This document shows, piece after piece, positions 38,415 through 48,505 of a stretch of 64,000 nucleotides of DNA. The notes below the pieces were generated by a model that worked only from the letters and a program-made list of their open reading frames with translations, made no database searches and was not told the origin of the DNA. The translations under genes were made by a program, and so were the position numbers. Within the stretch, counting starts at the first letter, position 1; each line of letters starts with the position of its first letter. Origin of the DNA: a virus; IMG/VR virus record IMGVR_UViG_3300013004_000026, positions 104,428 to 168,427 of that record, one strand, 5' to 3'.

Positions 38415-38981
38415 TTATAAATCTAGTTCGTTTGGTAACAGATCCACAATGTCCAATAACAGCGCATGACGCTGTAATTCTCTGCGTAGATTACTCGCTG
38501 CCATACGCTTTTCAAAACGATTGCTACGAGTCCAGTCCATTACCACTCTTCGTATGCCGGTAAGTGTGGAATCACTTATGCTCAAAGCATATTCTAGATT
38601 TAGAAAAAACTGCCGATCCAGGCTGGGTGCAGAAATGCCCATGCGCAGTCTTTGCATATAACTATGTATCTGTAGCGACGGGGCATGCACATCAAAGTTT
38701 ACCTCTATACGCTCTGCATAGTCATTTTGATTGCTCAACACAGTTACCAAATTTGCCACATCTGTGGCTCCATTGCGCATCTTGTCAAAGTCATTGAACT
38801 GTAAGGTTCTGTAAGCATACATTTGACTGCGTTGGTCATTAAACTGCCTTATGAACTCCAAGGACAACATGGCCACATACAGCACTCGGCCCAGTTCGTG
38901 GGCTTTTTGTCCACGCAAGCCTGCTAGTCCGCGAAACATGCGGCTTTCTTTTAGTTCGTCTAAGAATTCAAAACTAGACAT
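38415..38981 (-). CDS. Hypothetical late protein
   Basis: Starts MSSFEFLDELKES; overlaps the upstream gene. Confidence 0.6.
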   Translation of the reverse strand: MSSFEFLDELKESRMFRGLAGLRGQKAHELGRVLYVAMLSLEFIRQFNDQRSQMYAYRTLQFNDFDKMRNGATDVANLVTVLSNQNDYAERIEVNFDVHAPSLQIHSYMQRLRMGISAPSLDRQFFLNLEYALSISDSTLTGIRRVVMDWTRSNRFEKRMAASNLRRELQRHALLLDIVDLLPNELDL

Positions 38982-40119
38982 TTTTTGCAAAGTTAGCTCT
39001 ACTGAAACCCAGTCGATCAATCAACTTGAACTTGTCAGCACCACCGCCTACCACATAGCCCTCGTGCCCTATATCGTCGCCAGTGTATGCTTGTACATCG
39101 CCACTGGCTTGTTGTGCATCAATTTGTTTTTTAACTGACAACTTGAGGTTGTACAAGGCTACCCATATGGCAAACATGCCTGCTAGGCCTTGTGCTCCTT
39201 CTTTGTAGAGATATCCAGGTTGCTCTTCTGTGCCAAGCAATTTGGTACTGGCTGCTCCGCTGAGATTTTGGCCAAGGTATGCGTAGAATCCTTCCAGCAT
39301 GTTATCAAAGTTGCCTGCGGAGATCTTGCTGGTAATATACTTGCTGGCCAGTCCAATGATACCTTTGGCTTTGAGTCCTGCAAGACTGCTCATGAAGTTG
39401 GTCACAGCATCTGAGTATTGATCAATGATTTTTTGCACAGGTGCTGTGTCAGCTGCGGCTATTTTGACCTTGGGCACAGGCATTTCACCTGTGACAAACC
39501 AAATTGGATTACCGTCAGCTGGTAATCCGCCTAGCCCTTGCAACGGCTGGTCAGCTTCACCCACGCCAGGTATAAAACTGTGTACAGCAATACCTGCGAT
39601 GCTGCTTTTGATTTTCTGTCCCACTGGACTATCTGCTTTCACACGATATGTGACTGTGTTGGGACGAAAAACATACATACCCTGTTGTGGTTGTAGCCGA
39701 CCTGCATACAGCAAATCTCCAAAGTAAAAGCCACGGAAATTGCCTGGTATGATAGATTCCAGTGCTGGCCACAGGGTGTCAATCTTGGCATGCAGGTCTC
39801 CGCGGTCAGCACCGCGATTCATGTCATATTGTTTGAATGCTTCTGGACTGGTAACACGGCCGCTGCCGTCCTTTTTTTCAAACATGTGCTTGTCTGTGAC
39901 CATGAGCTCGCCGTCCACATTGCGTCCAAACACCAGGGCTGGAAATCCGTCCCACTTGATAGTGGTAAGTTCTTTGCCTGTGCTCATACTAGACAGAGCA
40001 TTCATACTGCGGCTGGCACCTTCTATGCCATCAGTCCACACAGCATCTTCAGGATGTACAATGCCTTCCTTGATAAACACCGGTTCTGACGGTTTGTTAA
40101 ATATTTCTGTAATCTTCAT
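38974..40119 (-). CDS. Covalent nucleotidyltransferase/ligase-like protein (KxDG; DUF6267-like)
   Basis: TIKWDG (motif I), FYFGDLLY (III), HEGYVV (IV), FKLIDR (V). Confidence 0.6.
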   Translation of the reverse strand: MKITEIFNKPSEPVFIKEGIVHPEDAVWTDGIEGASRSMNALSSMSTGKELTTIKWDGFPALVFGRNVDGELMVTDKHMFEKKDGSGRVTSPEAFKQYDMNRGADRGDLHAKIDTLWPALESIIPGNFRGFYFGDLLYAGRLQPQQGMYVFRPNTVTYRVKADSPVGQKIKSSIAGIAVHSFIPGVGEADQPLQGLGGLPADGNPIWFVTGEMPVPKVKIAAADTAPVQKIIDQYSDAVTNFMSSLAGLKAKGIIGLASKYITSKISAGNFDNMLEGFYAYLGQNLSGAASTKLLGTEEQPGYLYKEGAQGLAGMFAIWVALYNLKLSVKKQIDAQQASGDVQAYTGDDIGHEGYVVGGGADKFKLIDRLGFSRANFAKNV

Positions 40120-41243
40120 TTGAAGTAGCCTTGAACTGTTTCCAGTCCTTGTAAAATTTTTTGTTTGTCGCTTTCAGCACGAGCAATAGCAGCAGGTGTT
40201 TGAGCTTTGTCACGCTTTTTGCCCTGCACATCAACCATGGCTTTGTCTTGATAACGCTGCCAAAACTTATTTAAGAAATCATCAGCACCGGAAAAGTTCT
40301 TTAGATCTCCTTGCCCAAACATGTTGTTGGCCTCGGCACTGGCTGCAAATGCCTTGACACCGCGCACGAGAGTTTCTATGTTGACTTTTTCAATATTGAC
40401 ACCGCCATAGGTTTTCAATGCTGGCACAATTTTTGGTTTATCAATGCCCTGTTGCTTTGCTAGATAGCGAAAAGTATCTAGTATAAATGATGTAGGTTCA
40501 GTGGTTACTGTGACTGTTTCAGTGTCTTTTTGCTTGCTAAACGGCACACGCTCGCCGTCAATTACTTTTAGTTGCACGCCTGCATGTTGAATACTCATGT
40601 CCAACAGCTCGCCCAACACACTCCACATGTTGCCAGTAAGCAGTCCTTTCACACCGTGTTGTGGTGTTACTCTAGTGGCGCCCCAGGTGCTTAACTTTGG
40701 TTCGTGCCACATGAAATCAACTTGTACAAAAGCATCCTTGCCAATGGCTATAATAGGGTGTCCTGGTTTACTTTCTGTGGACAACACATACGCAGGATTG
40801 GTTTCTTTTACAAACTCGTCGGCCAAGCGATTCCAAAAGCTAGTAAACTGTCCATAAGTTAATCCTTCCACCGGAGGCGCAATCATCTGTAGATCCACAT
40901 CACCGTAGACTTTTTCTGGATCATTTTTGGCATCTTGAGCATGGTAAGCACTGCTACCAGTGGGGCGACCCATCTGCACAGGTCCTTGACCTTGTGGTTG
41001 CAACCAGGTGTTGAAATCTGTTACAAACTGTTGAACCACTGCCAACGAGGATTTTACCACATTGGGTGTTATCACAGTGCCTTGAGTAGCTGTGGTATCC
41101 CACCCACCTTCTTGCACACTTTCTCCACCGTCGCCACCATCGCTGCTGTCGCCGTATGAGCCAAAGCCAGGAAACCAATAACCACTGTAGGCAAATTTAG
41201 ATTTCTTGTGGCGTTTTTCGCTTACAAAGTCTTTAGATTTCAT
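40116..41243 (-). CDS. Pol-beta superfamily nucleotidyltransferase-like protein
   Basis: PTGSS...YGDVDL and third acid in VQVDF. Confidence 0.6.
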   Translation of the reverse strand: MKSKDFVSEKRHKKSKFAYSGYWFPGFGSYGDSSDGGDGGESVQEGGWDTTATQGTVITPNVVKSSLAVVQQFVTDFNTWLQPQGQGPVQMGRPTGSSAYHAQDAKNDPEKVYGDVDLQMIAPPVEGLTYGQFTSFWNRLADEFVKETNPAYVLSTESKPGHPIIAIGKDAFVQVDFMWHEPKLSTWGATRVTPQHGVKGLLTGNMWSVLGELLDMSIQHAGVQLKVIDGERVPFSKQKDTETVTVTTEPTSFILDTFRYLAKQQGIDKPKIVPALKTYGGVNIEKVNIETLVRGVKAFAASAEANNMFGQGDLKNFSGADDFLNKFWQRYQDKAMVDVQGKKRDKAQTPAAIARAESDKQKILQGLETVQGYFK

Positions 41244-42013
41244 TATCTCACCAGCAGAGTTTGCATGGCGCGAAACCAACTGGGAGATCCTTCTTCTAGT
41301 TTTTTAGGCAGCATGATGAGACCTTTAACCTCGTCTTCACGAGCTTGTGCCAATTTCTCATCTTGCATGGGATCATTTTCCAGTGCTCGCAGAATACTTT
41401 TCACACTGTTGAGATCATCGCCAGTGGCTCGAGGATTGAGTAGAATCTTGGCCACGCTGTCTCTGTCTCTTGCTACCACAGTGTTATCGTCACGACGAAG
41501 TAGTTTAGCACCAAAGGCATCAAATTTCAAACCCAGTGCTTTGCCAATGCTGTTCATTAGAATAAAGATACTTTGTCCTTTGAATTCAGGATCATTGTAA
41601 CTGCCTCGAGGCCCATGCTGGTGATAAGGTGCAACTAAGGCAGCATCATTGATAACCATCACATCAACTTGAGCCATAGCGTCCTTGTAGGGCACGCCTA
41701 TGTGTACATTGTTGCCCTTGGTCACACTGTCAAAACCTTTGGCACGGAAAAAGTTTTCCAGTGCTTTTTTACCTGCTTTCACAGGTTCTTTTTCGTCTTG
41801 AGTTTGAAACAGTGCAACAACATCTTCTGCTTCAATCATGACATCAATGTCGCCTGATTCTACTTTGTAGCCTGCACTGCCAATGTCTATTTGCATGCGT
41901 TTCACTAACGCAGGCGGCAATGCTGATCGTACTTCGTCAACCACTTTTGCAACATCTCTTTTGGCTACAGGAATGCTGTTGGGAATGGCGTTTCCGCCTT
42001 CGTGTAATTTCAT
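41243..42013 (-). CDS. Pol-beta superfamily nucleotidyltransferase-like protein
   Basis: IGSAG...SGDIDV and third acid in AQVDVM. Confidence 0.7.
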   Translation of the reverse strand: MKLHEGGNAIPNSIPVAKRDVAKVVDEVRSALPPALVKRMQIDIGSAGYKVESGDIDVMIEAEDVVALFQTQDEKEPVKAGKKALENFFRAKGFDSVTKGNNVHIGVPYKDAMAQVDVMVINDAALVAPYHQHGPRGSYNDPEFKGQSIFILMNSIGKALGLKFDAFGAKLLRRDDNTVVARDRDSVAKILLNPRATGDDLNSVKSILRALENDPMQDEKLAQAREDEVKGLIMLPKKLEEGSPSWFRAMQTLLVR

Positions 42014-44832
42014 AGCTTTACTGCATCCAAAACAAAGTTTTCAAACTCTCGGGCCAACTTGGTGTCAGCTGATTCACGAATGTATTTGCCTCCATACGCC
42101 CGAGTTTGCTCGTTGGCCTGTGCCACACGCTGATCAGCCTGTGTAGAGGCTCCAGGATTGTTGGATACCAATTCGCTTGGCCCTAGCTGTTTTTTTGGTA
42201 CAGTATCTTGTGCGCCGCCTTTGCCTTTTGATCTTTTGCCTTTGGTGCGCTTGATGATTTCAGCTGGCTTTTCAGTGGTCTGGCCGGCAGAGGTGCCTCT
42301 AAATTGCTTTAGTTTTTCACGATAGACCGGTGGCGCAGCGCGAGACAACACACTCATTGCTGTGTCAATAATGGTTATAAGGTCATCGGCATACGCCATG
42401 CTAGTCATACGAGCCAACTGTGGTAGGATCATATTGGTTGCACTAGCAATTTGACCATCACCTTGTGAACCACCTGTTGTAGTGCCACCCGGTGTACTGC
42501 CTTGCATTCCGCCTGAGGTTGTAGTGGTTGTTGTGCTACCACCTGCGCCTGCACCACCTGCTCCAGTGTCAGTACTACTCACGCCTGCAGACATGTCTGG
42601 TGCACCATTGGCAAAGAATCTCACATTGCCCCGATCATCGCGATTGTATGGATCAATGGCGTCTGCTCCACCAGCTGCTCCACCAGCTGCTGCACCTGCT
42701 GCACCAGCTGCTGTTGCAGGAGCATCTAACTTAGGTGCTGGAAAATTAAGTTGTGTAAACAGTTGCTTGATAATCTCTGGTGGTACTTTTCTACCAACCA
42801 AGAACTTTGCCACTTCGTCGCTGTCTGTTGGTGAGTCTGCATCCTGCCAATGGCGTAATAAGCCATTTAGAGTTACCTTGGTAGTAGCTTCGCGCCATGA
42901 GTCTCCGGCCCAGTTGCCAAAACGCTTTAGGCCGCTTTCGATACCACGCATGAGCTTGCCGCCAAGTGGACCTTTGCCCTTGGTCTTGAACTTGCCTTCG
43001 GGATCAGCTGCCAAGTAAGGCATGGTGTTGCCTGCTGGAGCAGTTCCGGTGGCCAGCCCGCCTACATTGCCGCCTGTGAGTCCTGCCAATGGTCCAGCTG
43101 TGTTTGAAACATTGGTTGCGGATGTTCTGGCATTCTTTGCCATGGCTGCAGGATCATTGGCATTAGCAGGACGGCTGCGCACTGTACCGCCTTGTTGATC
43201 CTTTTGTAGATCAGCTGATGTTCTTTCTCCTCTACCAGCCGCAAAAGAATCTACAGTACCTGGATCAGGTATGCCAGGTTCTGGCGTAGAGGCAGCGATG
43301 TCTGCTGCCGCGGCTGGGTTTGATTGTGCAAACTGTTGTGCTGTCATTTTTCCTTTAACAGGCGCAGGAGCAGCTCTACCAGCTTTTTCAGCAGCAGCTT
43401 TGGCGGCAGCATTTTGTGTAGCAGCCTGCGCGGCGCCAGCACGACCTGCGGCTTGCCCCATGGCATGACTGCGCTCACGGCCAATGTTGTAACGGCGTGC
43501 TTCGTCCATGGCAAATTCATGCAATCGTTCTAGATTTGCAAACACTGTGCGAATGCCTGCTTCGTTCAATTGAACACTGCGTTTGTTGTCACGACCTAAA
43601 CTTTCATTTAGTGCCCATTTACGAACTGTAGCCTGACGATCAACCAACATGCCAACAGGTGCAGTGATAATATCAAAGCCTTCTAGTATGTTACGACCTT
43701 TTTTGATCTTGACAGATTCTGTACGCACCATTCTGTTAGCAAAAGGGTCCTGTGCAGACGGCGTTGGAGTTTGAGCAGACGGAGCTGATGAGGCTGCTGT
43801 CTTGGCCTTGGCTGCGGCTGCATCAGCTGCTATTCTTTTAGCGGCCATGCCTTGGTCTGACCCCAACTGTCCTGCATCCATTTTGTTCTGGATGTTTTGA
43901 GCTGTCATGGCATTGTCGCCACTGTAAGGCCCTTTGTAGGCCGCAGCATCAATGTTCTTTGGCAATACAATTTGATCGCCGGGACTGAGAATATTAGGAT
44001 TACCGCTAGGCCCAAACTTGCCAGGATTGAGCTTGGCCATAACATCTGGATCAACTTTGTACTTGGCACTAATGTCGCTGAGTGTGTCACCCTGTTTCAC
44101 TGTGATAGTTTGTGTTTCGCCGCCAGGTGGTACCACATTGTCTGGACCAGGTGGTACAACATTGTCAGGACCAGGTGGATTGGGCTTGAATGGGTTGTTA
44201 ATATCGGGAATGTCAGTGTTGGCAATAACGTCGCCTGCTGCTGTTGCGGCCTTGACACCAAGAGCTGCGCCCACTGGCCGTGTGGCACGACCTGCTGCTG
44301 TGCTGAACTGTTCACCTTGCATCAAGCCATCAATCATTTTGATTGCACCCAGGGCCAGCACAGGTGCTGCGCCGCTGGTAAGTAGACCAGTCAGCACCCC
44401 AGCTACACCCCAGAAAAACTTGCTGGTGGTAGGATAACGCTGAGCAGTTTGTTTGTATGTGTCAAGAGCTCGCAGTACCCTGGAGCCTTCTGGGCTCTTG
44501 CCCATGCCCATGCTGGCTGCTTTTTTGAGTTCATCAAACTTGGCATCAACACCTTGAACAACTGTGGTATCTTGCAGGGCTTTTCCCAGGCCTTTGATCT
44601 TGGCTCCTAGAGCTCCTGCTAGGTCGCCGGCCTTGCCCAGTATGTTACGATTTTTGTTACCGGCTGTCATTGCCTCTTCTGCACCCTTGAATAAATCGTG
44701 GATTTCGCTGCGATTGAGGGCCTTGCCTTCTGTGAGTTTATTAAGCTCACGCACCAATGCTACTGCTTCTTGGTATAGTGGGTGAGTCTGTATATCTAAA
44801 TCGTTATTGTTTGTTAGGTGTTGAAGTTTCAC
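42010..44832 (-). CDS. 940-aa LysM-domain protein with a hydrophobic segment and low-complexity linkers
   Basis: ITVKQGDTLSDISAKY..LNP..NPNILSPGDQIVLP LysM; FFWGVAGVLTGLL hydrophobic segment. Confidence 0.75.
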   Translation of the reverse strand: MKLQHLTNNNDLDIQTHPLYQEAVALVRELNKLTEGKALNRSEIHDLFKGAEEAMTAGNKNRNILGKAGDLAGALGAKIKGLGKALQDTTVVQGVDAKFDELKKAASMGMGKSPEGSRVLRALDTYKQTAQRYPTTSKFFWGVAGVLTGLLTSGAAPVLALGAIKMIDGLMQGEQFSTAAGRATRPVGAALGVKAATAAGDVIANTDIPDINNPFKPNPPGPDNVVPPGPDNVVPPGGETQTITVKQGDTLSDISAKYKVDPDVMAKLNPGKFGPSGNPNILSPGDQIVLPKNIDAAAYKGPYSGDNAMTAQNIQNKMDAGQLGSDQGMAAKRIAADAAAAKAKTAASSAPSAQTPTPSAQDPFANRMVRTESVKIKKGRNILEGFDIITAPVGMLVDRQATVRKWALNESLGRDNKRSVQLNEAGIRTVFANLERLHEFAMDEARRYNIGRERSHAMGQAAGRAGAAQAATQNAAAKAAAEKAGRAAPAPVKGKMTAQQFAQSNPAAAADIAASTPEPGIPDPGTVDSFAAGRGERTSADLQKDQQGGTVRSRPANANDPAAMAKNARTSATNVSNTAGPLAGLTGGNVGGLATGTAPAGNTMPYLAADPEGKFKTKGKGPLGGKLMRGIESGLKRFGNWAGDSWREATTKVTLNGLLRHWQDADSPTDSDEVAKFLVGRKVPPEIIKQLFTQLNFPAPKLDAPATAAGAAGAAAGGAAGGADAIDPYNRDDRGNVRFFANGAPDMSAGVSSTDTGAGGAGAGGSTTTTTTSGGMQGSTPGGTTTGGSQGDGQIASATNMILPQLARMTSMAYADDLITIIDTAMSVLSRAAPPVYREKLKQFRGTSAGQTTEKPAEIIKRTKGKRSKGKGGAQDTVPKKQLGPSELVSNNPGASTQADQRVAQANEQTRAYGGKYIRESADTKLAREFENFVLDAVKL
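44122..44177. repeat. 24-bp coding tandem repeat (PPGPDNVV x2) next to LysM
   Basis: ccaggtggtaccacattgtctgga / ccaggtggtacaacattgtcagga / ccaggtgg. Confidence 0.8.
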
Positions 44833-45070
44833 TGCGCATTCTCCGTATTCCCCTAATGAACTTGTTAGGGTCCTGCGCTCGAATGCTGTTCAACAGCCTG
44901 CGTTCTAGCTCAGAAGCCACTTCCTCATTATAGGATTCTCTAATGGTATTAATAAGGTTAATGGCGCCTTGTATAACATGGTCAGCACGACTTTCCAGCA
45001 CATTTTCTTTGTCCTTTTCGACAAAGTAGCTGTCTAGTTCTTCCAGTATACTACGGGTTTTTTTAAGCAC
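44804..45070 (-). CDS. Hypothetical late protein
   Basis: GTG start, GGAG RBS, TAAATA upstream. Confidence 0.65.
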   Translation of the reverse strand: MLKKTRSILEELDSYFVEKDKENVLESRADHVIQGAINLINTIRESYNEEVASELERRLLNSIRAQDPNKFIRGIRRMRSETSTPNKQ

Positions 45071-45121
45071 CCCAAGACTCCATTTCTCTATTATTTATTG
45101 CAAGTGCGTTTAGAGTTTGGC

Positions 45122-46519
45122 TTATCTTGCCTGGGCTTTGATGCCAGCCAGCATGCTTTTTAACTTGTTTGAACCCAGTTCCGCTTGTGCTGAAGCAGTC
45201 GATTCAGCAGTGTCAGGCTCCACAGTGCTTTTGGTTTTGATTTGATTCATGATATTCAGTGCCTGTGGACGATGTGAATCCCCTTGTTGATCTTCGGGCA
45301 AGTCTGTGATACGCAAACTTTCCATATTGTATTCTAGATCAACCTTTTGGCCAACCCCACTGCTGCTACGAGTTTTCATTAACTGTATTTGATAGCGTCC
45401 GCGCTCTTTCATGGCTCTTGAAGTAAAGATACCAAACACATTATCTGCTGTGTTAATCTTACTGATACCACCAGAGATATGACTGTGGTCAAATTCAATT
45501 TCTTCCACAGCACTGCGATTCAACTGACTTGCAGTGATCAACAGTATGTTGAACTCTTTGGCCAAATTGCGTAGTTCTTCACTCACATACTTGTCTTTTA
45601 CAAACAGATCGTTTGGTGATACCTTGGCACTCACTGGCATGAGCAAGTCCAGATAGTCTACCATTATGTAGTCTGTTTTCATTCCGGTTTGCACTTGCAA
45701 TTCTTTTAGATATGCACGAATGTCATTGATGTTGCTTTGTGCTGGCATGTATTTGATGCGCATTGCTCCGGCCTTTTTACCTACCAGCTTGATCTTCATT
45801 TCTACTGTGTCAATATCTTTGAAGATTTCACGAGTGCTCACATTGGCCAACATGCTATCTATGCGCATGGCACACAGGCCTTCACTGAGTTCTAGTGTTA
45901 GATACACACCATTGAGTCCTGCTAGTGACCAGTTACACGCAATGTTTTGCATGAACAAGGATTTACCTGATCCAGACCCGCCTGCAAAGATGTTGAGTTC
46001 GCCTCGGTTCATGCCGCCAAACAGTTTCTTGTCCATGGCAGGCCAGCCAGTACTGATTTGTCCGTTGCCTTCTCTGATGGCCATTAGTCGTCCACGAGGA
46101 TCAGCAAAATAGTCAGTGCCCATGTCTTTGGTCAAACTAATCTGCACAGCATCTTTGATCAGTTTTTCCACAGGATTGAACTCGCCTTTTTCAATCAAAT
46201 CTGCTGCTTTGAGGATGGCTCGTTCAAGTTCTTTTTGTTTGGTAAAACTTTCAAACTCTTCCATAAACCAATCAAAATGCCCGTCGCCTAGATCTGGAAT
46301 GCTTCGTAGTTCAACCCCAGTGACTGCTCGCACCTGTTCTAATGTGGGTAGAGTTTTGTGTTTGTCTGAGTGTTCTTTGACAAACTTGGCCACACTTCTG
46401 AGACTGCGGTCAAAGTTTTCATCATTGTAGATGTTTTGCACACGCACAAAACTCTGTGCGTCATGCAGCATCATTTCAAGAAAGAGTTTTTGTATTTCTG
46501 TATTATATTCTTTAATCAT
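45122..46519 (-). CDS. dnaB: Replicative DnaB-family helicase (gp41-like)
   Basis: GGSGSGKS, TLELSE, VDYLDL, TASQLNR, KTR. Confidence 0.92.
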   Translation of the reverse strand: MIKEYNTEIQKLFLEMMLHDAQSFVRVQNIYNDENFDRSLRSVAKFVKEHSDKHKTLPTLEQVRAVTGVELRSIPDLGDGHFDWFMEEFESFTKQKELERAILKAADLIEKGEFNPVEKLIKDAVQISLTKDMGTDYFADPRGRLMAIREGNGQISTGWPAMDKKLFGGMNRGELNIFAGGSGSGKSLFMQNIACNWSLAGLNGVYLTLELSEGLCAMRIDSMLANVSTREIFKDIDTVEMKIKLVGKKAGAMRIKYMPAQSNINDIRAYLKELQVQTGMKTDYIMVDYLDLLMPVSAKVSPNDLFVKDKYVSEELRNLAKEFNILLITASQLNRSAVEEIEFDHSHISGGISKINTADNVFGIFTSRAMKERGRYQIQLMKTRSSSGVGQKVDLEYNMESLRITDLPEDQQGDSHRPQALNIMNQIKTKSTVEPDTAESTASAQAELGSNKLKSMLAGIKAQAR

Positions 46520-47382
46520 AATTGCCTACAAGTATAACTGCAAACTGGCTGCGGATCAAATTGCATTTGCTCATCATACTGTCCCAACTGAGTCAACACT
46601 TGACTCAGCGTAGTGTTACTTATATTGTATGCTGCTGAGTCAGTGTGGAACTTGCTGCGATAATAGAATCTATGATCAGCTGCATAACAACATGGTGCGT
46701 ATTGTCCACTTGCACTGATATAGTGTTGATTGCCCACAGAACACTTTGGTTGTATCAATCCTGCACCTCTATGCCATATTAAAGTTTGTGACTGCGGACG
46801 CAGAGGATCTGTTTCTGCAAAACGATTGCTGGGATCTAGTTTTACATCGTGCATGCCTAGATCTTTGGCCATTTGTTGTATGGCAGGAATTTCGTGTTCA
46901 TTGAAACTAAAAGGCACCACTTTCCACACAGCTCTAGCGTCAGAATTTGCAACTGACTGTATGCCTTGTGCAATGGTGCTCCAATCACTGTTCACACGAT
47001 ATTTTACACTACTGTCTGGCAAACCGTCGATACTAAATTCCACAATGTCAGCTGGTGTCAGCATGCCCACCCAGGACTCCCACCAGGCACGATCTCTGTA
47101 GCTGCCATTGGTAGTGAGTACAATACGGCCTTGATTACTTTTTATAAACATTATCAAGTCACGCAGGTGTTCGTAGTAGATAGGATCTCCTGTGTTGCCG
47201 CAGATGCCCCAGGTAAGATTGGCAATGTCCACATCCAAGAAACTTTTCAGTGCTGATAGATCAAGATCTTGATTGTGCCAGTTCTTTCTACCAAACTGCT
47301 GAATAAATTGAGTGCGTTCACAGGCAGAGCATGCTAACACACATCTGTTGGTGGGTTCTAAATGAAAGCCGGAGATTTTCAT
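46516..47382 (-). CDS. Radical SAM protein with SPASM/twitch-like C-terminus
   Basis: CVLACSAC (CxxxCxxC), GDP, TTNG, FSIDG, PCC, C...C. Confidence 0.85.
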   Translation of the reverse strand: MKISGFHLEPTNRCVLACSACERTQFIQQFGRKNWHNQDLDLSALKSFLDVDIANLTWGICGNTGDPIYYEHLRDLIMFIKSNQGRIVLTTNGSYRDRAWWESWVGMLTPADIVEFSIDGLPDSSVKYRVNSDWSTIAQGIQSVANSDARAVWKVVPFSFNEHEIPAIQQMAKDLGMHDVKLDPSNRFAETDPLRPQSQTLIWHRGAGLIQPKCSVGNQHYISASGQYAPCCYAADHRFYYRSKFHTDSAAYNISNTTLSQVLTQLGQYDEQMQFDPQPVCSYTCRQL

Positions 47383-48470
47383 TGCTTGCTCTTTAGTTTA
47401 ATTTTCACAGGATTTTTTTCTACTGCGTCAATGATACTTTTGAGCACAAACAATTTGCCATACTTTTTAACTGCATCAGCCACATCCTTGCACTCGGGGT
47501 CTTCCCGCCAGATAGGAAAACTCACTGCCCAGCCATATTCTATTGCACGGTTTACCAAAGCTTCTCCTGGCCACACTTCTTTACCACGCTTGTCCACATG
47601 ACGATCAAAGTCAGGAACCACAATGATATCTCTGCCAAGATCTTCAATGATTTCTGCCTGTGTTTCGCTGATGTCATTGCTCAATGTAGCCACGCCGTCC
47701 ACTGCCATGGCATCAAAGGGACCTTCAACCACCAACACAAACTTGGCATTGGGTTGTTGCATGTTGGTATTGAAAACATAATTAGATTCGTAATTGCTGT
47801 GGTATTTTGGTTTCACATCAGGTGTCACTGCTCTAGCTGTGTAACCAATCAGTTGATCACGCCAGAAGAATGGTACAATCACACGCCGGTGTAGATTATA
47901 GCTGGTGTCCGCAGTGAGATAAAAGTCATACTTGTTTTGAATTCTTCGTTCATGCAAATACTCAGCTGCTTCTATCAACTGTTCGCCAGCAAGATTCAGT
48001 ATCTGCGATTCTTGAACAAGTCCGTTTTTATCATAGTCAACCTTGAGTCTAATCATAGTACATAGCTGTGCTATGCTTACACTTTCTTCAGGCAACGCAC
48101 GAGGTTTGAAAGTGATGTCCACTGGTGGTGGCGCTGCATGGTCATCTGCAGGCATACTTTCTTTGAGTCGCAGAGCTTCCATGACCAGTCGTTGCACAGT
48201 GTTATCATCTGCGCCTAGCCATTTGAGTAGTTTACGGAATTTGAATCCCAGTGGACGCCCTGGATAGAACCCTGTTTTGAATCCGCAGTTGAAGCAATGG
48301 TAACTCACACTTCCGTCGGCGTTGGGCAGCATTCCACCTCGTCCTCTGGTGTCAGCTGATTCGCCGTTGTGTGAGCAACACACAGCATTAAAACTAATCC
48401 AGCGAGAACTGTTCTTGCGCTTGGGCGGCAACAAGGACAATATTTCCTGCTGAACTAGATTATTATTCAT
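47379..48470 (-). CDS. DNA primase (gp61-like)
   Basis: Zinc finger CCSH..HCFNCG; TOPRIM VVEGPFDA, VPDFD and KDVAD. Confidence 0.88.
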   Translation of the reverse strand: MNNNLVQQEILSLLPPKRKNSSRWISFNAVCCSHNGESADTRGRGGMLPNADGSVSYHCFNCGFKTGFYPGRPLGFKFRKLLKWLGADDNTVQRLVMEALRLKESMPADDHAAPPPVDITFKPRALPEESVSIAQLCTMIRLKVDYDKNGLVQESQILNLAGEQLIEAAEYLHERRIQNKYDFYLTADTSYNLHRRVIVPFFWRDQLIGYTARAVTPDVKPKYHSNYESNYVFNTNMQQPNAKFVLVVEGPFDAMAVDGVATLSNDISETQAEIIEDLGRDIIVVPDFDRHVDKRGKEVWPGEALVNRAIEYGWAVSFPIWREDPECKDVADAVKKYGKLFVLKSIIDAVEKNPVKIKLKSKQ

Positions 48471-48476
48471 CATGCA

Positions 48477-48505
48477 ATTGTAACATCAGTGTAAAGAAAA
48501 ATCAA
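48477..48505 (-). promoter_or_regulatory. Sigma70-type promoter of primase (leaderless transcript)
   Basis: TTGATT-N17-TACAAT, with ATG 6 nt downstream. Confidence 0.6.

Noticed and set aside
42482-44437. Long + strand ORFs opposite the LysM gene, and similar antisense ORFs elsewhere (e.g. 23884-24480, 56754-57302)
   Set aside because: Antisense shadows of real genes, with no RBS or recognisable motifs.
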